Source: Blochmannia endosymbiont of Camponotus nipponensis (lineage in GTDB: Bacteria > Pseudomonadota > Gammaproteobacteria > Enterobacterales > Enterobacteriaceae). Taken from it: 32,000 nt of DNA. Made by a program: the position numbers and the translations under genes. Below the pieces are notes generated by a model, which was not told the origin of the DNA, searched no databases, and saw only the letters and a program-made list of their open reading frames with translations. The stretch spans positions 180,001 to 212,000 of the forward strand of contig NZ_CP046534.1 in assembly GCF_009827135.1 (NCBI RefSeq). Reading direction: 5' to 3'. Within the stretch, counting starts at the first letter, position 1. Every line of letters begins with the position of its first letter. Below, in pieces: positions 9,857-21,387 of this stretch.

Positions 9857-9883
9857 GTTTGTTCATCTAAAAGATGAACAAAC
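9857..9883. promoter_or_regulatory. Perfect 11-bp stem / 5-nt loop hairpin, about 50 nt upstream of the nlpD start
   Basis: gtttgttcatc-taaaa-gatgaacaaac. The arms are exact reverse complements. No U-run follows on either strand, so it is not a canonical intrinsic terminator. Its function is unknown. Confidence 0.35.
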
Positions 9884-10451
9884 TACACACGCACAACAGC
9901 ACCCATTCAATACTGTTATCTAACATATGTGTATTTTGATATATCAAACAGACCAAATAAACAGCTCTATAGCCTATTTAGGCTTACATATCTACATAAG
10001 TAGTATGTAGATCACAATATATAGCATCTATTTCAAAAATAAAAACAATAAGAATCATCGTATAATAATTACTTAAATATCCTTATAATTTTTCAAAAGT
10101 TACATAATTTAAATAGATTTTCTATAATATACAGAATTCATTAAAATTTATTATTTCTATAATTATAACAAATAAATATTTTTTATAATTTAAATAATTT
10201 TAAATGTACTTATACACTATTAATTTTAATCCTCATAGATATATAGATATATATAAAATACTCAATACCATAATATACACATTCCTATTATACATATCTG
10301 TTTTATTATAGGCTGACTAGAATGAAATACTATATTATAGTAATCACAGTAATAAGAATAACACTGTAAGATAAAGAATATTAATCTATAGATATAGATA
10401 TGTCTGAATGTATATAACTTACATATTGAATTTTTACTGTTTTATAAAATA

Positions 10452-10925
10452 TTAACATGATAATAACGCTATTGCTATACATGCGATACCTTCGGACCGA
10501 CCAATATATCCCAACGCATCAGTAGTAGTAGCTTTTATGTTGATATTATTTATTAAACAATTTAAGTCTGAAGAAAGATGCTGACGCATCTGATAAATAT
10601 ATGTATTTATTCTTGGAATTTGCAAGATTACAGTAATATCTATATTACCTAATGAGTATCCTTGCATACTAACTTTTTCCCAAGCAATTCGTAACAATTT
10701 TCGACTATCTACATTATTATATTTAGCATCAGTATCTGGAAACATTGCTCCAATATCACCAAAACAAGCAGCGCCTAATAAAGCATCAATTAGCGCATGC
10801 ACCAACACATCACCATCAGAATGCGCTTTTATTCCTGTCACATAAGGAACATTCACCCCTCCAATAATAAGCGAACGACATCCACCAAATTGGTGCACAT
10901 CACAACCATAACCAATACGCAACAT
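10452..10925 (-). CDS. ispF: 2-C-methyl-D-erythritol 2,4-cyclodiphosphate synthase
   Basis: 157-aa [18 protein letters not shown]...[37 protein letters not shown].. with C-terminal ATTTD.LG.IGR.EGIA. It is colinear with E. coli IspF, including the Asp/His zinc ligands. Confidence 0.96.
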   Translation of the reverse strand: MLRIGYGCDVHQFGGCRSLIIGGVNVPYVTGIKAHSDGDVLVHALIDALLGAACFGDIGAMFPDTDAKYNNVDSRKLLRIAWEKVSMQGYSLGNIDITVILQIPRINTYIYQMRQHLSSDLNCLINNINIKATTTDALGYIGRSEGIACIAIALLSC

Positions 10926-10940
10926 ATTTTCACAAACCTA

Positions 10941-11696
10941 TTAAGTTTTTTTATTGTATAATTTAGATAAATAAAAACGAGCTAATTTTAAATCATCTTG
11001 ATAAGTAACTTTTATATTATCTGATCGACCTTGTATCAAAATAGATGTGTAACCACAATATTCTACCGCCGATGCTTCATCAGTAATAACAACTTTATTT
11101 TTTAAAGCTTTTTTAAGACAACATTTTAAGAGATCATAATTAAATAACTGTGGAGTTAAAGCATGCCACAAATTCTCACGATCTACAGTATATCTTATAA
11201 CATTAGTCCCATAATACGTTCGTTTGATAGTATTAGAAATTGGTATTGCTAAAATTCCACCTATTTGAGAAAATTTTGTGATTTCGAAGAGTCTTAATAA
11301 ATCTTCATCACGCAAACAAGGACGTACAGCATCATGCACAATCACCCAAACTGATTTTTTCACATGTTCTAACCCAGCCATCACTGAATCCGCTCGTGTT
11401 TGTCCTCCAATAACTACACTAACTCTAGGGTCATACGAAATAGATAATTGACGAAACCAACGATCACTTGCATTTACTACTACTATACAATGACGGATAC
11501 ACGACTGATACAACAAAACACTAATAGAATGCTCTATCAAAGTTTTATCACCTATTGTACAATATTGTTTTGGCAATATATTATTCATTCGTTTCCCAGT
11601 GCCTGCTGCTGGAAGAATAGCGGTGATATCTGGAAATTTTTTTTCAACACATTCAGTATAAACGACCATAGATACCAATGTACATGAAGCCAACAT
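10941..11696 (-). CDS. ispD: 2-C-methyl-D-erythritol 4-phosphate cytidylyltransferase
   Basis: Motifs ILPAAGTGKRM, ..VHDAVRPC.., ..LWHALTPQLF.. and ..ITDEASAVEYCG...GR.DNIKVT match IspD. The start may be the ATG at 11669 (MVVYTE..) rather than 11696. Confidence 0.94.
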   Translation of the reverse strand: MLASCTLVSMVVYTECVEKKFPDITAILPAAGTGKRMNNILPKQYCTIGDKTLIEHSISVLLYQSCIRHCIVVVNASDRWFRQLSISYDPRVSVVIGGQTRADSVMAGLEHVKKSVWVIVHDAVRPCLRDEDLLRLFEITKFSQIGGILAIPISNTIKRTYYGTNVIRYTVDRENLWHALTPQLFNYDLLKCCLKKALKNKVVITDEASAVEYCGYTSILIQGRSDNIKVTYQDDLKLARFYLSKLYNKKT

Positions 11697-11722
11697 TAAT
11701 ATTTAATTAATTAACATTAATA

Positions 11723-11998
11723 TCAGAATTTTGTTAAATAAAAAGTTTCATGGAGCTTAATCATACCAAGATCAAATCTTGCTCGTTCCTCAATTGCTTC
11801 ATATCCATGAAGCAATTCATGAATTTCATATAACAATTTATTATTACGAATCTTCATTTGGTCAATGTTATTGATGCTCTTAAATAACTTAATTGTATTA
11901 TGGATATGTATTAAATCATAAATACCATTTTTCCCTAACCAAAGCGAATACTGTAACCAAACAAACAAAGCTAATAACAGACAACTTAATTTGTTCAT
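11723..11998 (-). CDS. ftsB: Cell division protein FtsB
   Basis: 91-aa ORF MNKLSCLLLALFVWLQYSLWLGKNGI.. (an N-terminal TM helix, then a coiled coil) ..AIEERARFDLGMIK..ETFY. It is colinear with E. coli FtsB and sits upstream of ispD as in E. coli. Confidence 0.9.
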   Translation of the reverse strand: MNKLSCLLLALFVWLQYSLWLGKNGIYDLIHIHNTIKLFKSINNIDQMKIRNNKLLYEIHELLHGYEAIEERARFDLGMIKLHETFYLTKF

Positions 11999-12296
11999 GT
12001 TTGCTCCACCAATTTATTATATTATATATATCAGTATCAAATGTATCTACACACATTCAACATATCATCGTAATTATTACCATTGCATATAATACATTTT
12101 AAAATAAATTAATTCAAAAAATTATTATAAATTATTACAAAAATATCCCTTTTATAAAAAATTTATTTCAATTTAACACATAAAATAACTTTCATTATAA
12201 AAAAATAATCCTTTTAAAATACAATTATTTTAATACCTATTATAATAAAAAAATTATTGTAAAACTATTAATTCATAAAGTTATAGAATATGTTAT

Positions 12297-12932
12297 TTAA
12301 CGTGATAACTTTTTTTTAAACAAAGATGCAAGAAAAGATGATCGCAATACTTGATTAGTTAATTCTATTATTGATTTTTTACCATCCAAATATATATCTG
12401 GTTTTTTTGGTCTTTCGTAAGGAGCACTTATACCAGTAAAATTTTCTATTTCTCCAGATCTAGCTTTTTTATACAAACCTTTTGGATCACGTCGTTCGCA
12501 AACATGTAAGGGTGTGTCAACAAAAATTTCAATGAAATGATTACCAGGCAACATACTACGTACCATTTTACGCTCAGAATGATAAGGAGAAATAAAGCTA
12601 GCCAGAACCACCACACCAGCATCAACCATCAAGCGTGCTATTTCTCCTACTCGACGTATATTTTCATGCCGATCATAACTACTAAATCCTAAATCTCTAC
12701 ATAATCCATGTCGCATATTATCTCCATCCAATATATATGTACTAATTTTTCTATGATATAATTTTTTTTCTAAAACGCTAGCTAAAATTGACTTACCAGA
12801 CCCTGACAAACCTGTAAACCATAATAATATAGCACGATGTTTATGTAAAAGCTCACGATCCTTCCGTTTTATACAATGATTATACCAAAAAACATTTTTG
12901 TTAGAAATACAATTAATATTTTTATTTATCAT
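12297..12932 (-). CDS. cysC: Adenylylsulfate (APS) kinase
   Basis: P-loop [38 protein letters not shown] and [23 protein letters not shown]. Its position after cysN matches the conserved cysDNC order. Confidence 0.95.
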   Translation of the reverse strand: MINKNINCISNKNVFWYNHCIKRKDRELLHKHRAILLWFTGLSGSGKSILASVLEKKLYHRKISTYILDGDNMRHGLCRDLGFSSYDRHENIRRVGEIARLMVDAGVVVLASFISPYHSERKMVRSMLPGNHFIEIFVDTPLHVCERRDPKGLYKKARSGEIENFTGISAPYERPKKPDIYLDGKKSIIELTNQVLRSSFLASLFKKKLSR

Positions 12933-12945
12933 TATATAGTAATCA

Positions 12946-14373
12946 TCATGATAAATCTTGGATTTTCCAATGAGGAAAATGAAGACGAATGAACTTATGC
13001 AATGCTAATTCAAAGTCACTATAATTTTTATTATGTTCAAACTTATCGCGCACAATAGGAGTACGAACCATTCCCGCTCCTACAGTGTCATTGGTCAACA
13101 AATCAATAAATATCATGTTACCAGTTACTGGATAACGAGAGTACTGATCTAATATCAATGGTTCATCAAATAACAACTTTATCACTCCAACCCCATTAAG
13201 GGGTATCGTCTTTGTATCTTGGGGCTGTAAGGTATGCATATCTATTTGATATTCTATATTTTTTACTTGTGCTCTTACAGTTTTAGTAGCAGTTTTAACA
13301 TTAAAGTATTGATTTTTTTTTAATTCTTCTTTTCTCATCCAAACAACATCCACTAAGGCATACTGAACAGGCTCAACAATTGCATGCGCATCAATTATCA
13401 TATCCCCGCGACTAACATCAAGATCATCTTCTAAAGTTATAGTAATTGCCTCTCCAGCTACAGCATGCATTTGATCTCTATCAAATACAATAATACGTTT
13501 GATAGTAGAAATAGTATTTGACGGAAAAACACTAATGCTCTGTCCGACATGTACATAACCAGACGCAATCGTACCAGAATAGCCTCTAAAATCTAAATTA
13601 TGACGAATCACATACTGTACCGGAAAACGTAATTCTTGGTTTTCAAAATATGAAAAACTATTAATGTGAATATTTTCTAATATATCCAACAAAGTGGGCC
13701 CATCATACCACTTCATATTTGTTGATAACGTTGTAATATTATCTCCGTCTAAAGCAGATATTGGAATAAATTTAGTATTTATATTAGTAGATAATTGCTT
13801 TGTAAACTCTAAATATTCTTCATTAATTTTTTGAAATATCTTTTGATTATAATTTATCAAATCCATTTTATTAATCGCTACTATAATGTAGCGAATCCCT
13901 AAAAGCATAGTTATAAACCAATGTCTTCTAGTTTGACTCTGTATCCCTTTACGAGCATCAACTAATAAGATAGCCAATTCACTAGCAGACGCGCCAGTAA
14001 CCATATTTTTTGTATATTCTACATGCCCCGGAGTATCAGCAATGATAAATTTACGTTTTTTAGTAAAAAAATAACGATATGCAACATCTATAGTAATACC
14101 TTGCTCACGTTCTGATTGTAATCCATCGATCAATAATGCTAAATCTAACTTATCTTTTTGAGTACCAATTTTTTTGCTATCCGAATGAAGAATAGATAAT
14201 TGATCATCATAAATTTGATAAGAATCATGTAATAAACGTCCTATCAAAGTACTTTTCCCATCGTCTACGCTACCACACGTAATAAAACGTAACAATATTT
14301 TATGTTGTTGTACATATAAATAATTTTCAATCCCTCCATGACTGATAATTTCCTGTTCTACGGTACTAATCAT
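12946..14373 (-). CDS. cysN: Sulfate adenylyltransferase subunit 1 (GTPase)
   Basis: 475-aa ORF with GTPase motifs [14 protein letters not shown] and NKMD, followed by EF-Tu-like beta-barrel domains. Confidence 0.96.
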   Translation of the reverse strand: MISTVEQEIISHGGIENYLYVQQHKILLRFITCGSVDDGKSTLIGRLLHDSYQIYDDQLSILHSDSKKIGTQKDKLDLALLIDGLQSEREQGITIDVAYRYFFTKKRKFIIADTPGHVEYTKNMVTGASASELAILLVDARKGIQSQTRRHWFITMLLGIRYIIVAINKMDLINYNQKIFQKINEEYLEFTKQLSTNINTKFIPISALDGDNITTLSTNMKWYDGPTLLDILENIHINSFSYFENQELRFPVQYVIRHNLDFRGYSGTIASGYVHVGQSISVFPSNTISTIKRIIVFDRDQMHAVAGEAITITLEDDLDVSRGDMIIDAHAIVEPVQYALVDVVWMRKEELKKNQYFNVKTATKTVRAQVKNIEYQIDMHTLQPQDTKTIPLNGVGVIKLLFDEPLILDQYSRYPVTGNMIFIDLLTNDTVGAGMVRTPIVRDKFEHNKNYSDFELALHKFIRLHFPHWKIQDLS

Positions 14374-14382
14374 AATTATTTC

Positions 14383-15297
14383 CTAAAAATAACCTCGACG
14401 TTTCTTAATTTCCATAGATCCAGATTGATCAAAATCAATGATTCTCCCTTGACGTTCACTTTTATTAGAAATTAACATTTCTTCAATTATCTTAGGTAAA
14501 GTTTCTGCGCGAGATTCTATCGCCCCGGTTAATGGCCAACATCCCAAGGTACGAAATCGTATCATACGTTTTTCTATAATTTCCCCAGGCTGAAGATCAA
14601 TACGATTATCATCTACCATAATTAAATTACCATCTCTACATATCACAGGCCTATTTTTGGCTAAATATAGAGGTACTATATCAATTTTTTCAAAGAAAAT
14701 ATATTGCCAAATATCTAATTCCGTCCAATTAGATAACGGAAATGCACGAATACTTTCTCCTTTATTAATTATCCCATTATAATTATACCATAACTCTGGG
14801 CGTTGCTTTCTAGGATCCCAGCGATGAAACATATCTCTAAACGAATAAATTCTCTCCTTAGATCTAACTTTTTCCTCATCACGACGGGCGCCTCCAAAAG
14901 CTGCATCAAATCCATACTGATGTAATGCTTGTTTCAGCCCCTCGGTTTTCATAATGTCTGTATGTTTAGCGCTTCCATGAATAAATGGATTAATCCCCAT
15001 AGATACGCCATCTAAATTTTTATGCACTAAAAGTTCAAACCCATGAGATTGAGCAGTATTATCACGAAATACATACATCTCATGAAATTTCCAACCAGTA
15101 TCTATATGCAATAAAGGAAAAGGCAATGTGCTAGGATAAAACGCTTTTCGTGCTAAATGTAACATAACCGAAGAATCCTTACCTATAGAATACAGCATAA
15201 CTGGTTTACAAAACTCAGCGACCACTTCACGAATAATATAGATACTTTCTGACTCTAATTTATTCAAATACGTAATATACTTTTTATTTTGTACCAT
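14383..15297 (-). CDS. cysD: Sulfate adenylyltransferase subunit 2
   Basis: 304-aa ORF with a PP-loop-like SIGKDSSV and a conserved C-terminus ..ERQGR.ID.DQ.GSME.KK..GYF. Confidence 0.96.
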   Translation of the reverse strand: MVQNKKYITYLNKLESESIYIIREVVAEFCKPVMLYSIGKDSSVMLHLARKAFYPSTLPFPLLHIDTGWKFHEMYVFRDNTAQSHGFELLVHKNLDGVSMGINPFIHGSAKHTDIMKTEGLKQALHQYGFDAAFGGARRDEEKVRSKERIYSFRDMFHRWDPRKQRPELWYNYNGIINKGESIRAFPLSNWTELDIWQYIFFEKIDIVPLYLAKNRPVICRDGNLIMVDDNRIDLQPGEIIEKRMIRFRTLGCWPLTGAIESRAETLPKIIEEMLISNKSERQGRIIDFDQSGSMEIKKRRGYF

Positions 15298-15313
15298 ATA
15301 TTATCCTTTTAAT

Positions 15314-16741
15314 TTACATTGAATGAGCAATCAAATAAGTTGGACAGTAATTCAGTGCTTTCTGACCAAACCAATGCATTTGACTATGCAATGATACAAC
15401 ATCTCCGATCACTAACAAGGAAGGATAATCAGCTATTCGTGTTAATTTTTCCAAATCAATTAAGGTGCCAATTAAAATCTTTTGATTTTGATATGTCCCC
15501 CGACTGATTACAGCTACCGGAGTATTTATACTGCGTCCATGAATAATTAAATTATTCCTAATATTTAAAGCATTAATCTTACCCATATAAATTATCAATG
15601 TTCGTTGATAATCTGACAAAGCGGCCCAGTTAACCTGATTATCACCATTTGCATTATGACCTGTCATAAAAACAACACTATGAGCATACTTTCTGTGAGT
15701 TAACGGAATACCAGCATAAGCTGTAACACCAATACCTGCCGTAATACCGGGAACTACTTGAAAAGAAATACCTGCCTTTGATATTATTTCTAATTCCTCT
15801 CCGCCTCTACCAAAAACGAATGAATCTCCTCCTTTAAGCCTGACAACTTTATTTCCTTTTTGTGCCAATCGTACTATAAACTGATTCAATTCTTTTTGAG
15901 ACATTGAGTGATCTCCAACACGTTTTCCAACACAAATTTTATTAGCATCCTTACGAGCTAAATCTAAAATCTCTGAATTTACCAAATAATCATATAGTAT
16001 TACATCCGCTTGTTGCATTACTTGCAACCCTCTAATAGTTAATAATCCTATATCTCCAGGGCCTGCTCCCACTAATGTTACATTACCTTTTTTATTATTA
16101 TTTCCAACATCATTATTAAGAGTGTACTTAAAAACTTTATTTGCTTCTTCAGGTCGACCTTGTTCAATTAAAGTAGCAATATGACCATTATAAAATATTT
16201 TCTCCCAAAACCGACGTCTAAGTACCACATCTACGATATGCTGTCGTACTCGAGACCGCCATATTCCAGCTAATTTTGATAAAAAACCTAGAGATTTTGG
16301 CAATAAAGATTCAAATTTTTCACGTAAAATACGCACTAATATAGGCGCTGTTCCACAAGAAGAAATTCCTATTAAAATAGGATCACGATCAATAATGGCA
16401 GGAAATATACATGAACATTTATTCTTATCATCCACAGTATTTATTAAAATATGACGTTTTTCAGCATTCTGATATATCAAAGCGTTTAATTTAGCATTAT
16501 TGGTTGTCACAATTACTAATATTACCTTGTCTAGCATTATAGGTTGAAATTTTTTTTCAATCCAACTGATATTTTGTTTGAACAAAACTTTTTTTAATTC
16601 TGTACAAAGAGTTGGGGCTATTATTGTGATCATAGCCCCAACTCTTTGTAATATTTTTATTTTACGTGCAGCAACTATACCCCCTCCAACTACTAACACT
16701 GGCCTATTTTTAAGATCAATAAATAATGGTAAATATTCCAC
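15314..16741 (-). CDS. cysG: Siroheme synthase (uroporphyrinogen-III C-methyltransferase / precorrin-2 dehydrogenase / ferrochelatase)
   Basis: N-terminal Rossmann VVGGGIVAARK. The SUMT domain shows VTLVGAGPGDIGLLTIRG, VVRLKGGDSFVFGRGGEE and VVPGITAG. The track ORF starts at a TTG (16780). A GTG at 16741 gives MEYLPLFIDLKNRP, aligning with E. coli MDHLPIFCQLRDRD, so I prefer it. No in-frame ATG is available. Confidence 0.93.
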   Translation of the reverse strand: MEYLPLFIDLKNRPVLVVGGGIVAARKIKILQRVGAMITIIAPTLCTELKKVLFKQNISWIEKKFQPIMLDKVILVIVTTNNAKLNALIYQNAEKRHILINTVDDKNKCSCIFPAIIDRDPILIGISSCGTAPILVRILREKFESLLPKSLGFLSKLAGIWRSRVRQHIVDVVLRRRFWEKIFYNGHIATLIEQGRPEEANKVFKYTLNNDVGNNNKKGNVTLVGAGPGDIGLLTIRGLQVMQQADVILYDYLVNSEILDLARKDANKICVGKRVGDHSMSQKELNQFIVRLAQKGNKVVRLKGGDSFVFGRGGEELEIISKAGISFQVVPGITAGIGVTAYAGIPLTHRKYAHSVVFMTGHNANGDNQVNWAALSDYQRTLIIYMGKINALNIRNNLIIHGRSINTPVAVISRGTYQNQKILIGTLIDLEKLTRIADYPSLLVIGDVVSLHSQMHWFGQKALNYCPTYLIAHSM

Positions 16742-17076
16742 AAAATTATGTTTATATTCAGATTTAATTAATATTGACAAACTCTGTTTATATATAATAT
16801 TATTTATAAAAGCTAAAAATATAAATACAATGACATTAAATTATACATATATTTTTTCATACCTATGATATTTCATTTTTAAAAACTTAATATCTTATAT
16901 TCACAAATAATATGCCCATTCGCCATACATACTTTCATAATTATTAAAATACACATGATTATGTTTTAAACATGGATACTACTACCAAACAAACGTATAT
17001 TATTTCTAACGTACTTATTGTATAGCAATGTATATAAAAATTATATTATATAATAGTAATATACAAATACTAAATT

Positions 17077-17838
17077 TCAATCAATAATATGTAAACCACA
17101 TTCACGTTGTAACCCAAAAAACCGTGTATCCTCTTCCTTCATACCAGGTTCCCATTTTTTGCTAGTATGTACATCTCCTATTGATAAGTACCCTTGTTTC
17201 TGCAATGGATGATACTCTAAAGAATGTTGGTTAATATATCTATGAATTTGAGAAGTATTCCAATCAACAATGGGTAAAAATTTAAACATTCCATTCTGAA
17301 TAGTTATTATTGGTAATTTTTTACGACTATCTGATTGATCTCTCCTTAATCCTGCAAACCATGTTTTCACCTTAAGCGTTTTTAATGCACGATGCATAGG
17401 TTCAATTTTATTAATAGTATTGTATTGTTGTATGCCTTTTATGCCTTGTTCCCATAATTTACCATATCGTGCTTCTTGCCATGCTGCAGATTGCTTGGGA
17501 GAAAATACATGTAAATTCAATTGCATTTTTTTTGTTAGTCGATCAATAAATCGATATGTTTCTGGAAATAAATAACCAGTATCAATTAAAATAATTGGGA
17601 TATTAGGATAATAATAAGTAATTAAATGCAAACTAACTAATGACTGAATGCCGAAGCTTGAAGATAATATTGCCTGATTAGGTAGATATTCTACAGCCCA
17701 TTTACATCTATCTGCTGTTTTTAAAGATTCCAAGTATTGATTTATTTTCATTAATACCAATGCTTGTTCATTTATATCTAACGAATTGAGTTCTGCAAAA
17801 GTCCAACAATGATTAATGATATTTAATGATTTATTCAT
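17077..17838 (-). CDS. cysH: Phosphoadenosine phosphosulfate (PAPS) reductase
   Basis: [53 protein letters not shown] and the C-terminal catalytic ECGLH. The track ORF reaches 17868. The ATG at 17838 (MNKSLN..), 2 nt after the cysI stop, fits the E. coli length better. Confidence 0.94.
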   Translation of the reverse strand: MNKSLNIINHCWTFAELNSLDINEQALVLMKINQYLESLKTADRCKWAVEYLPNQAILSSSFGIQSLVSLHLITYYYPNIPIILIDTGYLFPETYRFIDRLTKKMQLNLHVFSPKQSAAWQEARYGKLWEQGIKGIQQYNTINKIEPMHRALKTLKVKTWFAGLRRDQSDSRKKLPIITIQNGMFKFLPIVDWNTSQIHRYINQHSLEYHPLQKQGYLSIGDVHTSKKWEPGMKEEDTRFFGLQRECGLHIID

Positions 17839-19564
17839 AAAAATCTTTTTCAGAATTTGTAACAGCATTAACTATCCCTGATCTTACTACATAATCTCCA
17901 TAAGATTCTTGATCGGTTCTTTCTCGTGCCCAACTACTAATGGTCATATCAAGAATGTTTAAAATGTCATTTTCTGTGATATTTTCTCTATATAATCGAG
18001 GAATACGCGTACCAATACTATTGCCTCCCAAATAAAGATTATAACGTCCAATAGATCTGCCTGTTAATCCAATTTCTGATAACATCGCACGAGCACAACT
18101 ATTTGGACACCCTGTTACCCGCAAAATAATAGCATCTTTCTCTAATTTGTATTTTAACATGATATTTTCTATCTTAGTAATAAATTCCGGTAAAAATCGT
18201 TCTGCTTCTGCCATTGCTAATGGACAAGTAGGAAGCGCTACACATGCCATAGATGCTTTTCGTTGCGGCGTGATATCATCATTCATGATACCATATTTTT
18301 GCAATATACTCTCAACCATCCGTTTATTGTCCTTAGATACTTCAGAGATAATTAAATTTTGATTTGTAGTTAACCTAAAAGACCCTGAATGTATTCGTGC
18401 AATTTCTGCAATCCCACGTTTTAATAACTTATGAGGATCATTGTTTGATATTCTTCCGTTTTCAATAAACAAAGTAAGATGCCAATAATGATCAATACCT
18501 TGGATCCATCCAAATCGATCTCCTCTATCTGTAAATATATAAGGATGTATCGGATGAAATTTTACTCCAGAACGGCGTTCAACCTCTGCTTTAAATGTAG
18601 TTACCCCAACTCTAATCAAAGTATACTTCGTTTTAGCATGTCTACGATCGGATCTATCCCCCCAATCTCTTTGTGTTGTAACAACTGCTTCTGTAATCTT
18701 TAAGATATCCTGTGCAGCAATATATCCAAATTCACTAGCTTTAAGAGGATATGTGGTAACATCACCGTAAGTCATTGCTAATCCTCCTCCAACTAATACA
18801 TTAAAACCAACTATCCGATTAATTTTATCGTCCTTGATAGCAATGAAACCAAGGTCATTAGCATGAATGTCCACATCATTTACAGGTGGTATTGCAATTG
18901 CTATTTTAAATTTACGAGGTAAATAAGCAGCACTTAAAATCGGCTCAAAATCTATAGATTCTGTTTTTTCTGCATCCAACCAAATTTCTGCATATGCACG
19001 AGACTTCGGTAATAAATGAGCAGAAATACTTTTTGCTAATTCCCACACCTGATGATGGAATGCTGATTCCATTGGATTAGCTGTACATATCACATTACGA
19101 TTTACATCTCCAGCAGTCGCGATAGAATCCAAACCTAATTTATTCAATAAACGGTGCATAATTTTTAATTTAGGTTTTAAAAGACCATGTAGTTGAAAAG
19201 TTTGTCGAGTGGTAAGACGTATCGTTCCGTATAAAGTATATTTTTCTGAAAAATCATCGATAGCTAACCATTGTTCTGGCATAATTACGCCACCCGGTAA
19301 ACGACAACGTAACATCATATTAATTAATGGTTCTAATTTTTGATTTGCTCGTTCCACACGTACATCTCGATCATCTTGTTGATACATGCCATGAAATCTA
19401 ATTAATTGAGCATCTTTTGTATTAAAACCACCTGTTAAATTATTATCTAAATTTTGAGCAATAGTACCTCTTAAAAAATTACTTTCTTGTTTCATTCGCT
19501 CATTATCTGACAATAACATTGCATTGGTATTATCATGATTATTGTTGTATTCTTCTTTACTCAT
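17831..19564 (-). CDS. cysI: Sulfite reductase (NADPH) hemoprotein beta-component
   Basis: 577 aa, colinear with E. coli CysI. It includes [12 protein letters not shown], the siroheme/4Fe-4S cysteine clusters [18 protein letters not shown] and [12 protein letters not shown], and NLYLGGN.IGTRIPR. Confidence 0.96.
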   Translation of the reverse strand: MSKEEYNNNHDNTNAMLLSDNERMKQESNFLRGTIAQNLDNNLTGGFNTKDAQLIRFHGMYQQDDRDVRVERANQKLEPLINMMLRCRLPGGVIMPEQWLAIDDFSEKYTLYGTIRLTTRQTFQLHGLLKPKLKIMHRLLNKLGLDSIATAGDVNRNVICTANPMESAFHHQVWELAKSISAHLLPKSRAYAEIWLDAEKTESIDFEPILSAAYLPRKFKIAIAIPPVNDVDIHANDLGFIAIKDDKINRIVGFNVLVGGGLAMTYGDVTTYPLKASEFGYIAAQDILKITEAVVTTQRDWGDRSDRRHAKTKYTLIRVGVTTFKAEVERRSGVKFHPIHPYIFTDRGDRFGWIQGIDHYWHLTLFIENGRISNNDPHKLLKRGIAEIARIHSGSFRLTTNQNLIISEVSKDNKRMVESILQKYGIMNDDITPQRKASMACVALPTCPLAMAEAERFLPEFITKIENIMLKYKLEKDAIILRVTGCPNSCARAMLSEIGLTGRSIGRYNLYLGGNSIGTRIPRLYRENITENDILNILDMTISSWARERTDQESYGDYVVRSGIVNAVTNSEKDFYE

Positions 19565-21387
19565 TAGTAAATATCTCTCTGATAACGATGTTGCATCCTC
19601 ATTTCATGCCAAAATTCATTTGCCTTATCTACATTCATACCTCCGTGCTTACATGTTAATATGACTAAAGCTTTGTCTACATCTCTAGCCATATTTTTAG
19701 CATCTCCACATACATAAATATGAGCTCCTTCTTGAATCCATGACCAAAGTGCAACACTATTTGTTAACAATTTGTTTTGTACATAAATCTTATCATGTTG
19801 ATCTCTAGACCAAGCTGTATCAATTTTGGTTAACAACCCATCTCTGAAATAACGTTGCCATTCAATCTGATAAAGAAAATCATCTGTAAATCTTAAATTC
19901 CCAAAAAACAACCAATTTTTTCCTGATGCAGCATCTACAGATCGTTGTTGCATAAATGCACGAAACGGAGCAATACCTGTCCCGGCTCCAATCATAATCA
20001 CTGGAACATTAGGACTTTTTGGTAATCTAAAATTATTATTAGCTTCAACAAAAATGCGTATTTCATCATTCTCTTGTATACGATCCACTAAATAACCACT
20101 AGCACCACCTGTTCTAAAACGTTCATTTGTTGTATAACGTACTACGCTCACAGTAATATGTACTTCCTCTCCTACTTCTGATTGAGCAGATGAAATAGAA
20201 TAAAATCGAGGTTTCATAGGGCATAATATTTGCAATAAATTCTGAGGTGTTATCGTAATGGATACACGATGCATCATATCAATAATGGGCGTATTTAAAA
20301 TAAATTTATTTAATTTTTCTTGATTGTTGCATAAATCAATCAACATTTTATCTTGAGCAATAGTAGCTATATTTTTTACGAAAACAGGGGTATTGTGCGT
20401 TAATTCATAATATTTTACCAACGCTTCACGCAGAGATATTAGTTTTTCTTTAATTTTTACCTGTTCAGTTCCGTTCAAGTTTAACAATTCTAATAATTCA
20501 TTAATAAGATCTACATCATTTTCATACCATACTCCCAACGAGTCTCCTGGTTGATAATGTAAGTTAGAATCAGTAATATCGATTTCTAAATGATGCACAT
20601 CTTTTAACGAATTACGACTGGTAATTTTTTGTCGTGTTAACACATGAGCCACCAAAGGACATTCTTTATTATATATAACGTGATTTACACGTTTAATACC
20701 ACAAATATTATTACTTTGATTAAATATGGAAGTAGCAGTCATTATCTTATTTTTCAATAAAAGAACTATTTTTTTTCTCCATATATTTGCTGCTTCTTTA
20801 AAATCAACATCGACGTCCACTCGATCACATAACCGATGAGCTCCAAGCTCTTCTAATCTACAATCAAAATCTTTTCCAGCTTTAGCAAAATATTCATATG
20901 ACTGATCACCAAAACTGAATACAGCAAAATGTGTATTTTCCATTCTAACTGCTCTATTAGAAAATAAATATTTATATAACGCAACTGCTTCTTCTGGAGG
21001 TTCTCCCTCTCCATAAGTAGAAGTGATGATAATTAATAATGTTTCTTTATAAATTTGTTTAAATTTATAATCTCCAGCATTAAATAATACTACATCCAAA
21101 TTCACTAAATTAATATCATCACGTAATTGTTCAGCTAATTGACGTGCATTACCAGTTTGAGAAGCAGATATCAAAGTAATTTTTTTATTAAAACAAACAT
21201 CTGCAGTTTTAGCATTTTTAGAAATATCAGTTATTTTATCAGATACTACGACATTAGTTAATCCCCATAAGTATCCTGATATCCAAATCAATTGAGCACT
21301 AGACAAAGTAATAAAAAACGATTGAATATAATCTAATTGTTCTGCGGTTAATGGCATGACTTCATTACGTGTAATTTTTTTCATCAT
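19564..21387 (-). CDS. cysJ: Sulfite reductase (NADPH) flavoprotein alpha-component
   Basis: 607 aa. Flavodoxin-like [22 protein letters not shown]-binding RFYSISS, NADPH-binding [12 protein letters not shown], and C-terminal YQRDIY. Its stop overlaps the cysI start by 1 nt (TAATG). Confidence 0.96.
   Translation of the reverse strand: MMKKITRNEVMPLTAEQLDYIQSFFITLSSAQLIWISGYLWGLTNVVVSDKITDISKNAKTADVCFNKKITLISASQTGNARQLAEQLRDDINLVNLDVVLFNAGDYKFKQIYKETLLIIITSTYGEGEPPEEAVALYKYLFSNRAVRMENTHFAVFSFGDQSYEYFAKAGKDFDCRLEELGAHRLCDRVDVDVDFKEAANIWRKKIVLLLKNKIMTATSIFNQSNNICGIKRVNHVIYNKECPLVAHVLTRQKITSRNSLKDVHHLEIDITDSNLHYQPGDSLGVWYENDVDLINELLELLNLNGTEQVKIKEKLISLREALVKYYELTHNTPVFVKNIATIAQDKMLIDLCNNQEKLNKFILNTPIIDMMHRVSITITPQNLLQILCPMKPRFYSISSAQSEVGEEVHITVSVVRYTTNERFRTGGASGYLVDRIQENDEIRIFVEANNNFRLPKSPNVPVIMIGAGTGIAPFRAFMQQRSVDAASGKNWLFFGNLRFTDDFLYQIEWQRYFRDGLLTKIDTAWSRDQHDKIYVQNKLLTNSVALWSWIQEGAHIYVCGDAKNMARDVDKALVILTCKHGGMNVDKANEFWHEMRMQHRYQRDIY

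Noticed and set aside
16742-17076. CRISPR/cas remnant in the cysH-cysD interval, where E. coli K-12 carries its type I-E locus.
   Set aside because: The interval contains only cysG and an approximately 300-bp AT-rich spacer. I see no repeat-spacer periodicity or cas-like ORF.
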